DNA from: a bacterium
GTDB lineage: Bacteria; Vulcanimicrobiota; JABDET01
DNA: 64,000 nt
Direction: 5' to 3'
NCBI GenBank assembly: GCA_021817145.1
Contig: JAKAVV010000006.1
Span: forward strand, 83,087-147,086
The notes below the pieces were generated by a model. That model saw only the letters and a list, made by a program, of their open reading frames with translations. It was not told the DNA's origin and did no database searches. Positions 36,931 to 45,490 of the stretch are shown in pieces; positions within the stretch are counted from its first letter, which is position 1; the number at the start of each line of letters is the position of its first letter. Made by a program: the position numbers and the translations under genes.

Positions 36931-38679
36931 GTGGAGATGAAAATCGAGGCAGGAAAGAGTGAAAGATTAAAAACAGGGAAAATAGATAGAGCTGCTGCAG
37001 GCAGCGGCGCCGAACAGTCTGTATCTACAGTTGGCTTAAAAGGATCGGAATGCTCGGGTTTAAAAGGGGCGACTCGGATTGGATCTGCGCCTTCTGATGA
37101 GAAGTTTCAGGTAACTGTTCTTTTAAATCGAGCTGAGCCTTTAAAAATGTCAGGGGATGAAGTGCAGAGATTAACCCATAAGGATTTTGAAACAACTTAT
37201 GGAGCCAGCCCTAAAGATTTGGAAGCGGTCCGAGCTTTTGCTAAAAAGAACGGGTTGTCAGTGATTAAAACTGATTCTGCCACTCGAACCGTTGTTCTGC
37301 AAGGAAAAACGGAAGATTATAATAAAGCTTTTGGGGTTCAATTGGATTCTTATAAAACTCAAAAAGGGGAAATTTTTAGAGCTTATTCCGGAAAGGTTCA
37401 TCTTCCCAGTGCTCTTGCCCAAAAAGTTCAAGGGGTTTTCGGTTTAGAAAATCGTTCTCGCTTAAGAACTAATTTGCAATTTAAAGCCACTCCGAAAATT
37501 ATTGGACCTTTTTCTAAATCTCAAGTTGCTGGAAGTTACACCCCTCTTCAAGTCGCGCAGTTGTATAATTTTCCTAAGGGCACAAATGGAGCCGGTCAGA
37601 CGATTGGGATTTTAGAATTCGGCGGTGGATACACTCAGTCTAATATTCAGAATTATTTTAAGCAGCTGGGGATGCCAGCTCCAAATGTGAAATCAGTTTC
37701 TGTTGATGGAGCTAAAAATGCTCCTTCTGCTGGCAATGGAGCAGATGGGGAGGTTCAGCTAGATATAGAAGTGGCAGGGGCTGTTGCCCCAAAGGCAAAT
37801 ATTGTGGTTTACTTTGCTCCAAATGGTGAGCAAGGATTTATTGATGCCATTAATACAGCGATTCATGATAAGGTAAATCATCCGAGCGTGCTTTCCCTCA
37901 GTTGGGGAGCAGATGAAGGATCTTGGAGCCCTCAGGCTGTCCAAGCTTTAAATTCGGTTTTGAAAGAAGCAGCAGCCCTTGGGATTACGGTTTGCGTGGC
38001 ATCTGGGGATAATGGTTCATCTGATGGTGTGAATGACGGGAAAAATCATGTGGATTTCCCCGCTTCCAGCCCTTATGCTTTAGGCTGTGGTGGAACAAGT
38101 TTGCAGTCCAGCGGCGGGAAAATTACGAAGGAAACAGCTTGGAATAACGAGATTTTAGGAGGACTGCTGGGGGGTGGGGCTTCTGGAGGTGGTGTCAGCG
38201 ATGTCTTCCCTCTTCCTTCCTGGCAGAAGTCTGCTCATGTTCCTGCTCCCACAGTTAAAGGTGGAGGGCGTGGAGTTCCCGATGTGTCTGCTGATGCAGA
38301 TCCAGACACAGGATACGACGTGTTAATTGATGGGCAGCAAGGGGTTGTTGGTGGAACCAGCGCAGCTGCTCCGCTGTGGGCAGGTTTAATCGCCCGATTG
38401 AATCAAGGGTTAGGACACAATTTAGGATTTGTGAATCCACTGCTGTATAAAATTTATGGCTCTCCTCTTTATCATAAGGCTTTTCATGATATTACCCAAG
38501 GAAACAATGGAGCTTTTAAAGCCGGGGCTGGATGGGATCCAGTAACAGGGCTTGGTTCTCCTGATGGGGAAGGTCTTTTAGCCGCTTTAAAAGAGATGAA
38601 GACACCCTTTCGAGCCTCTAAGACCATCATTCAGAGAAGCGCAAAAAAAGAAGGAGGGATAAAAGAGACGACAGCTTGA
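36931..38679 (+). CDS. S53 family (kumamolisin/sedolisin) serine protease with prodomain
   Basis: EVQLDIE, ASGDNG, GRGVPDVS, GGTSAAAPLWAG, GWDPVTGLGSP. Confidence 0.95.
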   Translation: MEMKIEAGKSERLKTGKIDRAAAGSGAEQSVSTVGLKGSECSGLKGATRIGSAPSDEKFQVTVLLNRAEPLKMSGDEVQRLTHKDFETTYGASPKDLEAVRAFAKKNGLSVIKTDSATRTVVLQGKTEDYNKAFGVQLDSYKTQKGEIFRAYSGKVHLPSALAQKVQGVFGLENRSRLRTNLQFKATPKIIGPFSKSQVAGSYTPLQVAQLYNFPKGTNGAGQTIGILEFGGGYTQSNIQNYFKQLGMPAPNVKSVSVDGAKNAPSAGNGADGEVQLDIEVAGAVAPKANIVVYFAPNGEQGFIDAINTAIHDKVNHPSVLSLSWGADEGSWSPQAVQALNSVLKEAAALGITVCVASGDNGSSDGVNDGKNHVDFPASSPYALGCGGTSLQSSGGKITKETAWNNEILGGLLGGGASGGGVSDVFPLPSWQKSAHVPAPTVKGGGRGVPDVSADADPDTGYDVLIDGQQGVVGGTSAAAPLWAGLIARLNQGLGHNLGFVNPLLYKIYGSPLYHKAFHDITQGNNGAFKAGAGWDPVTGLGSPDGEGLLAALKEMKTPFRASKTIIQRSAKKEGGIKETTA

Positions 38680-38703
38680 TGAAGAGAGGATTCTGCTTCT
38701 TCT

Positions 38704-39084
38704 CTAATTTAACCCTGAATGCAGCATGCGATCTAGACGAGAAAGTAAAGTTAAGTAAGAGTAAATTTTCATAGTAGGAGGCTTTAAGATAACCCCTGTA
38801 AGGTATCCATTTTTATAAGGGGCGCTCCATACAATTTTTGCTCTTAGAGAAAGCAGGGACAACTGCGGCGCGCAAAACTGGATGATTCCCGCAGGAGCCG
38901 TTTTTTGGGGTAGAAATAGCTGCGCTCCTTCAGGACTGAGGTTTAAGATTCTTCCTCCTCCTGAGATCGGAACAGCGCATGGATGTCTCCAAAATTTCCT
39001 GTAAGGTTCAATTTTATAGTTTTTATCTTTTCTTCGAAAAATTTTTGTCCATAGACTCATACCTCTATTATAATTTATTATCAT
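38704..39084 (-). CDS. PilZ domain protein
   Basis: RKFWR (RxxxR) and NLSPEG (D/NxSxxG). Confidence 0.75.
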   Translation of the reverse strand: MIINYNRGMSLWTKIFRRKDKNYKIEPYRKFWRHPCAVPISGGGRILNLSPEGAQLFLPQKTAPAGIIQFCAPQLSLLSLRAKIVWSAPYKNGYLTGVILKPPTMKIYSYLTLLSRLDRMLHSGLN

Positions 39085-39145
39085 TTTTTTACAATTGCCA
39101 AGTTGTAACTTTTGTAAAAAAAATGTTAACTTTTAAAATTTCACC

Positions 39146-39174
39146 TTAACATTTGTTAACCATTGTGATATAAT
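39146..39174 (+). promoter_or_regulatory. Sigma70-type promoter
   Basis: TTAACA-17 bp-TATAAT with extended -10 TG. Confidence 0.6.
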
Positions 39175-39181
39175 GATTTTA

Positions 39182-39835
39182 ATGAAAACCAGAGTGATGA
39201 CCCGAGGAAAAGGTTTTACTTTAATTGAAATCATGGTTGTTTTAGCGATTGTGGGATTTCTGCTGGCAGTGGCAGTGGTGGATTACCACAGTCATTATTT
39301 AAGAACTCTTGATCAAACCACTTCAAGTATTCTTGCTTCTGACTTCGAATTTGCGAGTTCTAAGGCTAAACAGGCGGGAATAAATCAGCCTATTCAGTTT
39401 AATCTAAATAACAACTCTTTGGAAATTGTGAATTCCAACGGATCTATCGTAAAATCCACTCCTTTACCCCCTGATGTCCAAATCGGAGTTTCAGGATTCC
39501 AAAAAGGAAAACCTCCTGTCAATGGGGCTGATGTTTGCGTTTTCCCAACTGGTGAATGGATTGCTTTTTCTCCTAATGGGAGCGCTTCCAGTTCTTCTAC
39601 TGCCATGATTGCTGTTGCGACAGATGCGGATTGGAGAGTTATTTATATTCTGCCAACAGGGGCTGTTGTAGGACCGACTAGAAGCAATCTTTTGGCAAAT
39701 GGGGGTCCGAATTTCCTGCCTATGCCTGGGGGGCAGCAGGTGTCAGTTAATCTTCTGAATCAGCTTCAGCCCGCTACTTCTAACACGGATACAGGGTCTT
39801 TAATCCAAAAGATCAAGACCTCCTGGGGATTATAG
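39182..39835 (+). CDS. Prepilin-type pseudopilin (GspH/FimT-like)
   Basis: KG|FTLIEIMVVLAIVG; ORF track start 39173 overlaps the -10 box. Confidence 0.85.
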   Translation: MKTRVMTRGKGFTLIEIMVVLAIVGFLLAVAVVDYHSHYLRTLDQTTSSILASDFEFASSKAKQAGINQPIQFNLNNNSLEIVNSNGSIVKSTPLPPDVQIGVSGFQKGKPPVNGADVCVFPTGEWIAFSPNGSASSSSTAMIAVATDADWRVIYILPTGAVVGPTRSNLLANGGPNFLPMPGGQQVSVNLLNQLQPATSNTDTGSLIQKIKTSWGL

Positions 39836-41221
39836 AGGTAAAGAAATAAGAAAGGTTGTCCCTTCTCCAATCTTGCTTTTTACTGAGATGGAAGCTTGAT
39901 GCAGTTCAACCAGTTTCTTTACAATCGTTAAACCTAATCCACTCCCTTCTTTTCCTCTTTTATGATCTCCGAATTTTTGATATTCTTCAAAAATATGAGG
40001 AATATCTTCTTCTTTTATGCCTGTCCCTGTGTCTGAAATGGAAATTAAAAGGTTCCCTTTTTCAACAAGAGAAGAGATCGTGCTTCCACCTTTTTCCATG
40101 AATTTTACCGCATTGCCGAGGAGATTAATGAAAATTTGCTTTAATCTTTCATAATCAGCTCGAATCATGGGGAGTTTTTGCGGTATCTCAGATCTTAAAT
40201 AAAGTTTTTTTTCTCGATAGAGTGGAAGGATGGTTTGGACTGCTTCCTGTATGCATTCTTCAGGATCAATTTCCTGCCAGTTCAGCTTAAATTTCCCTGA
40301 TTCGATTTGGGTTAGATCCAGAAAATCGCTGATCAATGAAATTAAGTAATGGGCATTGGATTCAATTCTATGTATATCTGCTGCCTGCTGGCTGGTTAAA
40401 TCCCCGCTGATTCCATCCAGGAGACAGGAAGTGTAACCAATCATGGCATGTAAAGGGGTTCTAAGCTCATGGGAAGCGAATGCCAGAAACTGTCTTTTTA
40501 ATTCATTCGCTTTTTCGAGATCTGAAACAAGCGCTTCTTTCTCAAGTCTTAAAGCTTTTTCGAGTAAACTTAAAGTTTCGGCTTTTTGTTGATAGTTTTG
40601 CTCCACTTCTGAAATAAACCCGATTAAATAAGCTAGAATAGTAAAAAAAGCCATTTGTATCACAATGAGGGAAGTAGGGAACTGTGATACAATATTGGGG
40701 AGAAAAAGCAGAAAAAAAAATTCAATGAAGAAAAAATTGGCAACTGCAAAAAGGGAAGCGGTTCTTCCAAATAGAACCGCAAGGGTTGGAATCCCCAGGA
40801 ATAAAAGATTTCCCAGCAGCACAGATACGAAAATAATTGAAATCGTTGGAATAGAATGTGTGTTTAAAAGGATTTCTCCCCAAACAGCAGTTGAGATTAG
40901 ATCTATCATCATGAGTCCAACAGCTAGAGGAATCATGGGGATCTTCTCGACAAGGAGAACTCCAATGGTATTATAAACCAGGATCCAGAGGACTGCCAGA
41001 AAAACAAGTTCTGGTTTTTCAATGGGTGTGGAAACCCAATTTAAAGCGAAACCAGGGGCTTTTTCAAGAAGATGATTGACCCTCCATCTTTGAAAGAAGA
41101 GATACCCCAATACGAGAAGAGTTCCAAATGAGATCGCATAACGTAAAGCCGCAATTAAAATCTGTTTTTCTCTCTTAGAGTAGGATTCCCAGAAGTGGAG
41201 TGAATGTCTGCTCTTTTTCAT
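39830..41221 (-). CDS. Multi-TM sensor histidine kinase
   Basis: SHELRTPL, NLLGNAVKF, DTGTG, GSGLGL. Confidence 0.95.
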   Translation of the reverse strand: MKKSRHSLHFWESYSKREKQILIAALRYAISFGTLLVLGYLFFQRWRVNHLLEKAPGFALNWVSTPIEKPELVFLAVLWILVYNTIGVLLVEKIPMIPLAVGLMMIDLISTAVWGEILLNTHSIPTISIIFVSVLLGNLLFLGIPTLAVLFGRTASLFAVANFFFIEFFFLLFLPNIVSQFPTSLIVIQMAFFTILAYLIGFISEVEQNYQQKAETLSLLEKALRLEKEALVSDLEKANELKRQFLAFASHELRTPLHAMIGYTSCLLDGISGDLTSQQAADIHRIESNAHYLISLISDFLDLTQIESGKFKLNWQEIDPEECIQEAVQTILPLYREKKLYLRSEIPQKLPMIRADYERLKQIFINLLGNAVKFMEKGGSTISSLVEKGNLLISISDTGTGIKEEDIPHIFEEYQKFGDHKRGKEGSGLGLTIVKKLVELHQASISVKSKIGEGTTFLISLPL

Positions 41222-41907
41222 GGTTCAAATTTGTAACCTATCCCTCTAATGGATTGAATATACTCTTTCCCCGGAGAGAGCGCGGAAAATCGCTTTCTAA
41301 GATTGCGTATATGCAGATCCACAACCCTGAGTTCTCCTAAAAAATCGGATCCCCAGATTTGATCTAAAATCTGCTCTCTTGACAAAACCTCTCCTTGATG
41401 CTGCATAAAATGCTTTAAAAGCGAGTATTCGGTTACAGTCAATGAAGTCGATGCTTCCCCTATTTTCAAAGTTTGTTCTGAAAGGTTTAAAATCAACTCC
41501 CCAGCAGCTAAGATTGATGGAGCTTTTTTCTCATGGGCAGCAGCTTTTATTCGTCTTAAAAGAGCGCGTATCTGAGCCAGTAAGACCCTTGGATTAAAGG
41601 GTTTTGTTAAATAATCATCTGCCCCTAATTCAAGCCCTACCACTTTGTCTGTGTCATCCTGCCTAGCTGTGACAATAACAATTGGGAATTTTGCATTTTC
41701 TAATTTTTTCAATACTTCAAATCCGCTGATCCCTGGCAGATTCAGATCTAGAATCATTAAGTTGGGACTGAAAGAGGCAGCCAGCTTTAATCCTTGTTCT
41801 CCTGTTGGAGCAAGTTGAATTTCAAACCCTTCCTGTTTTAGATATCGTTCTAGAATTTCTCCAGCTTCTAGATCATCTTCCACAATTAAAATTTTCTGCT
41901 TGTCCAT
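41218..41907 (-). CDS. OmpR-family response regulator
   Basis: IVEDD, LDLNLPG, GADDYLTKPF, IRGIGYKF. Confidence 0.96.
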   Translation of the reverse strand: MDKQKILIVEDDLEAGEILERYLKQEGFEIQLAPTGEQGLKLAASFSPNLMILDLNLPGISGFEVLKKLENAKFPIVIVTARQDDTDKVVGLELGADDYLTKPFNPRVLLAQIRALLRRIKAAAHEKKAPSILAAGELILNLSEQTLKIGEASTSLTVTEYSLLKHFMQHQGEVLSREQILDQIWGSDFLGELRVVDLHIRNLRKRFSALSPGKEYIQSIRGIGYKFEP

Positions 41908-41996
41908 TGTACTTTGCTAGCTTTTATGAGCGAATTAGCTTTTCCTTCTAAGATGCAGCAGGAAGAAAATAAGAAGAAAGTTAACTTTCATTCCTT

Positions 41997-43043
41997 ATGG
42001 AAGAACAGGCAGGTTTTATTTCAGCTCTTCGCCGGCATCTCATTGAAAACTGGACTTCTTACGGTCTTCAAGGGAATCCTGCGGGATTGACTTATCGAAT
42101 TCGGCAGGCTCCAAAGGAAAGAGCTGCTGAAAAAGCTAGATTTACTGCCCTCTGGTTTCAAGAAAATCCAGAAGAACCCTGTATTGCCGCAAAATGGGTC
42201 TTAAATAAAGATTTGTTTTCGTCGATTGTTCAGGAGCATCATCATGCCATCTGGCTTTATGAAACGAAAAAGCTTCAGTTTCTTCCTGAACCTTTAGGAT
42301 GTCCAGAAATATTGGGAATTCCAATTTTAATTGAGAAAGCGGTTCAAGGGAGATCCTTTGCTCATTCTTTGATCGCTCTTGAAGCTGCTCAAGATTTGGG
42401 TAAAACCGATCAATATTTGAAAGAAATTTTACTGAAAGCTGAGGAGATTTTAAAACAAATTCAAGATCCTCTACAGCCTGTGACAAAGAGAGAAATTCTT
42501 GAAGATATCGATTCATATCTTTTAAAAACTCAAAAAATTCTAGAATGGGATGAGGAAAAGCCGCAAAAAATTAGAAGAATTTTAGACTCCTTTCCACTAG
42601 ACAGTGTTCCTGGCTCTGGGGAAACCTTTTTAATTGGCGCCTTTGCTCCGAAAAATGTTTTATCTGGAGCAAGTGGAACTTTTCTCATTGATCTGGAGTT
42701 TTCGAGAAGATCAAAGACCGCATTTTTTGATGCTTTTTCTTTTTCCAATTCTCTTTTTCATTTTTTTCATCAACAAATTAAAGAACAGCCTGATAAATTT
42801 GCTTTATCTTTTCAAAAAGAGATCTTGGAGGAACAGGGGAGATTGGGAAATTTAATTCAGAGATTTTTGAGTTTGCGTCAGATTCCAAAATCAGGGCAGG
42901 AATGGTACTGGTTGATTTATTTCTTAAATGAAATTGTCTGTCGGGATTCTATTTTTGAGATATTCCCTTCTTCTCATCGGCTCTTTTACAATCAAATGAT
43001 TGATCTTCTTGTCCAGGTCAGCGCAGCTCGCAGGAGTGTTTAA
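41997..43043 (+). CDS. APH/choline-kinase-fold protein, probably catalytically degenerate
   Basis: PEPLG..ILIEKAVQG; GAFAPKNV where HGDxxxxN is expected; LIDLEF. Confidence 0.55.
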   Translation: MEEQAGFISALRRHLIENWTSYGLQGNPAGLTYRIRQAPKERAAEKARFTALWFQENPEEPCIAAKWVLNKDLFSSIVQEHHHAIWLYETKKLQFLPEPLGCPEILGIPILIEKAVQGRSFAHSLIALEAAQDLGKTDQYLKEILLKAEEILKQIQDPLQPVTKREILEDIDSYLLKTQKILEWDEEKPQKIRRILDSFPLDSVPGSGETFLIGAFAPKNVLSGASGTFLIDLEFSRRSKTAFFDAFSFSNSLFHFFHQQIKEQPDKFALSFQKEILEEQGRLGNLIQRFLSLRQIPKSGQEWYWLIYFLNEIVCRDSIFEIFPSSHRLFYNQMIDLLVQVSAARRSV

Positions 43044-43061
43044 AAAGGAAACAGGTCATTT

Positions 43062-43577
43062 TTGTCGTATAATTTAACAGGAGGAGAAATGATGAAGAAG
43101 ATTCTTATTTTGTTTGCCGCTTTTTTCTTAACTTCCATCCTTGGTTTTGCCCAACCTAAGCAGTGGCGCGAGATTCAAAGAATATTTCATTCTCGTGGAG
43201 ATCTTCTTCCAGGAGGGATGCTCAGGTTTGAGTTTCCTAGAACAAATTTGAAAGTGACAGTGAATGGTGCTCCTGCTGATTTAAGCGCTTTAACAACCTG
43301 GTTTGAGTTTTCCCCTCCTTACCACAGAGCAAAAGTTAAAGGTTATCTTGTTATGCAGAAATCTGCCGCTTTTCCTGTTCGGATGAATCTTGCCAATACA
43401 GTCGGGTTCCATCATATTACAGAAACGATTATAAAAGGGTCTTCTCCTCCAGTGGCAGTGATTCGGTTCCATGGGGTAGGGAATCCCGCAAGACTAGCCA
43501 TTGACATTGATACTATTCTATTTTTTGACACCCATACACCTGGAATTCCAAGACCTTTTATTAAAGTGGTGAAGTAA
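43062..43577 (+). CDS. DUF1259 (LppY/LpqO-like) exported protein
   Basis: Signal peptide; GGMLRFEFPRTNLKVTVNG...TWFEF; likely start at MMKK. Confidence 0.6.
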   Translation: MSYNLTGGEMMKKILILFAAFFLTSILGFAQPKQWREIQRIFHSRGDLLPGGMLRFEFPRTNLKVTVNGAPADLSALTTWFEFSPPYHRAKVKGYLVMQKSAAFPVRMNLANTVGFHHITETIIKGSSPPVAVIRFHGVGNPARLAIDIDTILFFDTHTPGIPRPFIKVVK

Positions 43578-43647
43578 ATGACAGTACCATTTCTTGTTTG
43601 GAGAGGAAGGCTGTCATCCATGACTGCTGATTGGAGCGCCAACGAAA

Positions 43648-43920
43648 ATGCCTGTTTATGAATTTACCTGCCATTCCTGTCAAACGGATTTCGAATTACT
43701 GTGTCCTAGTGGGACAGAAGCGAAAGAAGTCAGATGCCCGAAATGCCATCAGAATCATTTAACTAAAAAGTTCTCTGTCTTCGGAATTGTTTCTAAAGGA
43801 GACATGACTGCTCTTGAAGGAGGATCTTGTTCTTCTGGGGCTTGTGATGGAGAACCTTGTTCTTCTGGTGCTTGTGATGAAAGTTTCGGCTGCGGCGCAT
43901 CCGGCTGCGGTTCTGAATAA
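43648..43920 (+). CDS. FmdB-family zinc-ribbon protein with Cys-rich tail
   Basis: MPVYEFTCHSC...CPKC; 30-bp tandem duplication in tail. Confidence 0.88.
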   Translation: MPVYEFTCHSCQTDFELLCPSGTEAKEVRCPKCHQNHLTKKFSVFGIVSKGDMTALEGGSCSSGACDGEPCSSGACDESFGCGASGCGSE

Positions 43921-43922
43921 AA

Positions 43923-45029
43923 ATGGGGGAACGGCCCCAAGTTCGTCCTGAAATACCTTTCTTAAACCGCTATATTCCTGGAAAGCCGATTGAGGAGGTT
44001 GTTCGCGAATTAGGGATCAGCCATGTTGTTAAATTGGCTTCCAATGAAAATCCTATAGGACCATCCCCTAAAGCGGTTCAAGCGGTTCAAAGCGCTCTTT
44101 CCCGTATTCATTTATACCCTGATGATGGGCAGTTTTCTTTAAAAAAAGCACTTTCAGAATTTCATCAGATAGATGAATCTCATTTTATTATTGGAAATGG
44201 AGCTGTCGAGATTATCAGAATGATCATGGAGGTTTTTCTAGAACCAGGAGATGAAGTTATTGCAGCAGCCCCTTCTTTTGCTATCTATAAGCAAGATGTT
44301 CGGCAAATGGGAGGGAAATTGATAGAAATTCCTCTGGATGAAACTTTTCATTATGATTTGGAAAAGATGAAAAAAGAGGTCAGTTTAAAAACTAAAATGG
44401 TTGTTTTATGCAGCCCTAACAATCCGACAGGGACGATCATAAGAAAAAAAGAGTTAGAGATATTTTTACAGAACTGCCCTCCTCATGTATTTGTCATTTT
44501 GGATGAAGCTTATTCTGATTTTGTAGAGGAAAATGATTTTCCTAATGGGATACAGTATGTTTTAAAAAAGTTCCCGATGATTGCGCTTCGGACACTTTCA
44601 AAGGTTTACGGATTAGCTGGAATACGGGTCGGATATGGGATTGTTTCTCCAGAAACAGCCCTTTATTTGAATCAGGTTAGAGTTTTATTTAATGTGAGCA
44701 GTCTTGCTCAGACAGCAGCAGCAGCTGCTTTAACCGATCAGGAACACTATCAGAAAACGAGAGAATTGATTTGGAAAGAGAAATTTTTTCTTTATTCTGG
44801 GTTTGAGAAGTTGAAAATAAGATATATATCAACCCAATCTAATTTTATTCTTATCTATGTTGGGAATGATTTGGAGTGTTTTCAATCTCTTTTAAGAGAA
44901 GGGGTTATTGTTAGACCTGGTTCTCAACTGTCAATGCCGGGTTGGATGCGAATCACAATCGGGAATCATGAAGATAATTTAATTCTTTTGGAAGCTCTTG
45001 CAAAGGTTTTGAATCAATGCAAAATTTAG
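43923..45029 (+). CDS. hisC: Histidinol-phosphate aminotransferase
   Basis: YIPGKP, KLASNENP, NNPTG, DEAY, RTLSKVYGLAGIRVGY. Confidence 0.93.
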   Translation: MGERPQVRPEIPFLNRYIPGKPIEEVVRELGISHVVKLASNENPIGPSPKAVQAVQSALSRIHLYPDDGQFSLKKALSEFHQIDESHFIIGNGAVEIIRMIMEVFLEPGDEVIAAAPSFAIYKQDVRQMGGKLIEIPLDETFHYDLEKMKKEVSLKTKMVVLCSPNNPTGTIIRKKELEIFLQNCPPHVFVILDEAYSDFVEENDFPNGIQYVLKKFPMIALRTLSKVYGLAGIRVGYGIVSPETALYLNQVRVLFNVSSLAQTAAAAALTDQEHYQKTRELIWKEKFFLYSGFEKLKIRYISTQSNFILIYVGNDLECFQSLLREGVIVRPGSQLSMPGWMRITIGNHEDNLILLEALAKVLNQCKI

Positions 45030-45490
45030 TTTTTCGAGAAGCGAAAGAATCGGATCTTCAGCAAGTGATTGATCTGGCTGTTGAAGCCATTGAGCACAGT
45101 CAGTCTCCTTTTAGAAACAGCTCCTTGGAAAGTATTAAAGATTACCGCCGCAGAGATCTCGAGCAGTTAAGAGCCCTTTATGCTCAGTCCCATGTTGGAA
45201 TTTTCGTCGCAGAAGAAAAAGGAGAGATTAAAGGGCATGTGATTGTTTTGTCAGGCATGAAAGCAGTTACTGGAGAACTTCAAGGATGGATTATTGATTT
45301 AAGTGTCAGACAAGAGCTTTGGGGAACTGGAGTGGCGCAGGAGTTAACCTTAATGGCTGAAGAATTTATTCGATCAAAAGGATTTCAGCATCTTGGTCTT
45401 GGAGTGACTTCTGCGAATAAAAGAGCGATCCGATTTTATGAAAAGATGGGTTATCTAGAAGAAAGGAAGCAGATGATAAAAAAGTTATAA
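45017..45490 (+). CDS. GNAT acetyltransferase
   Basis: LSVRQELWGTGVA; NKRAIRFYEKMGY. Confidence 0.9.
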   Translation: MQNLVFREAKESDLQQVIDLAVEAIEHSQSPFRNSSLESIKDYRRRDLEQLRALYAQSHVGIFVAEEKGEIKGHVIVLSGMKAVTGELQGWIIDLSVRQELWGTGVAQELTLMAEEFIRSKGFQHLGLGVTSANKRAIRFYEKMGYLEERKQMIKKL

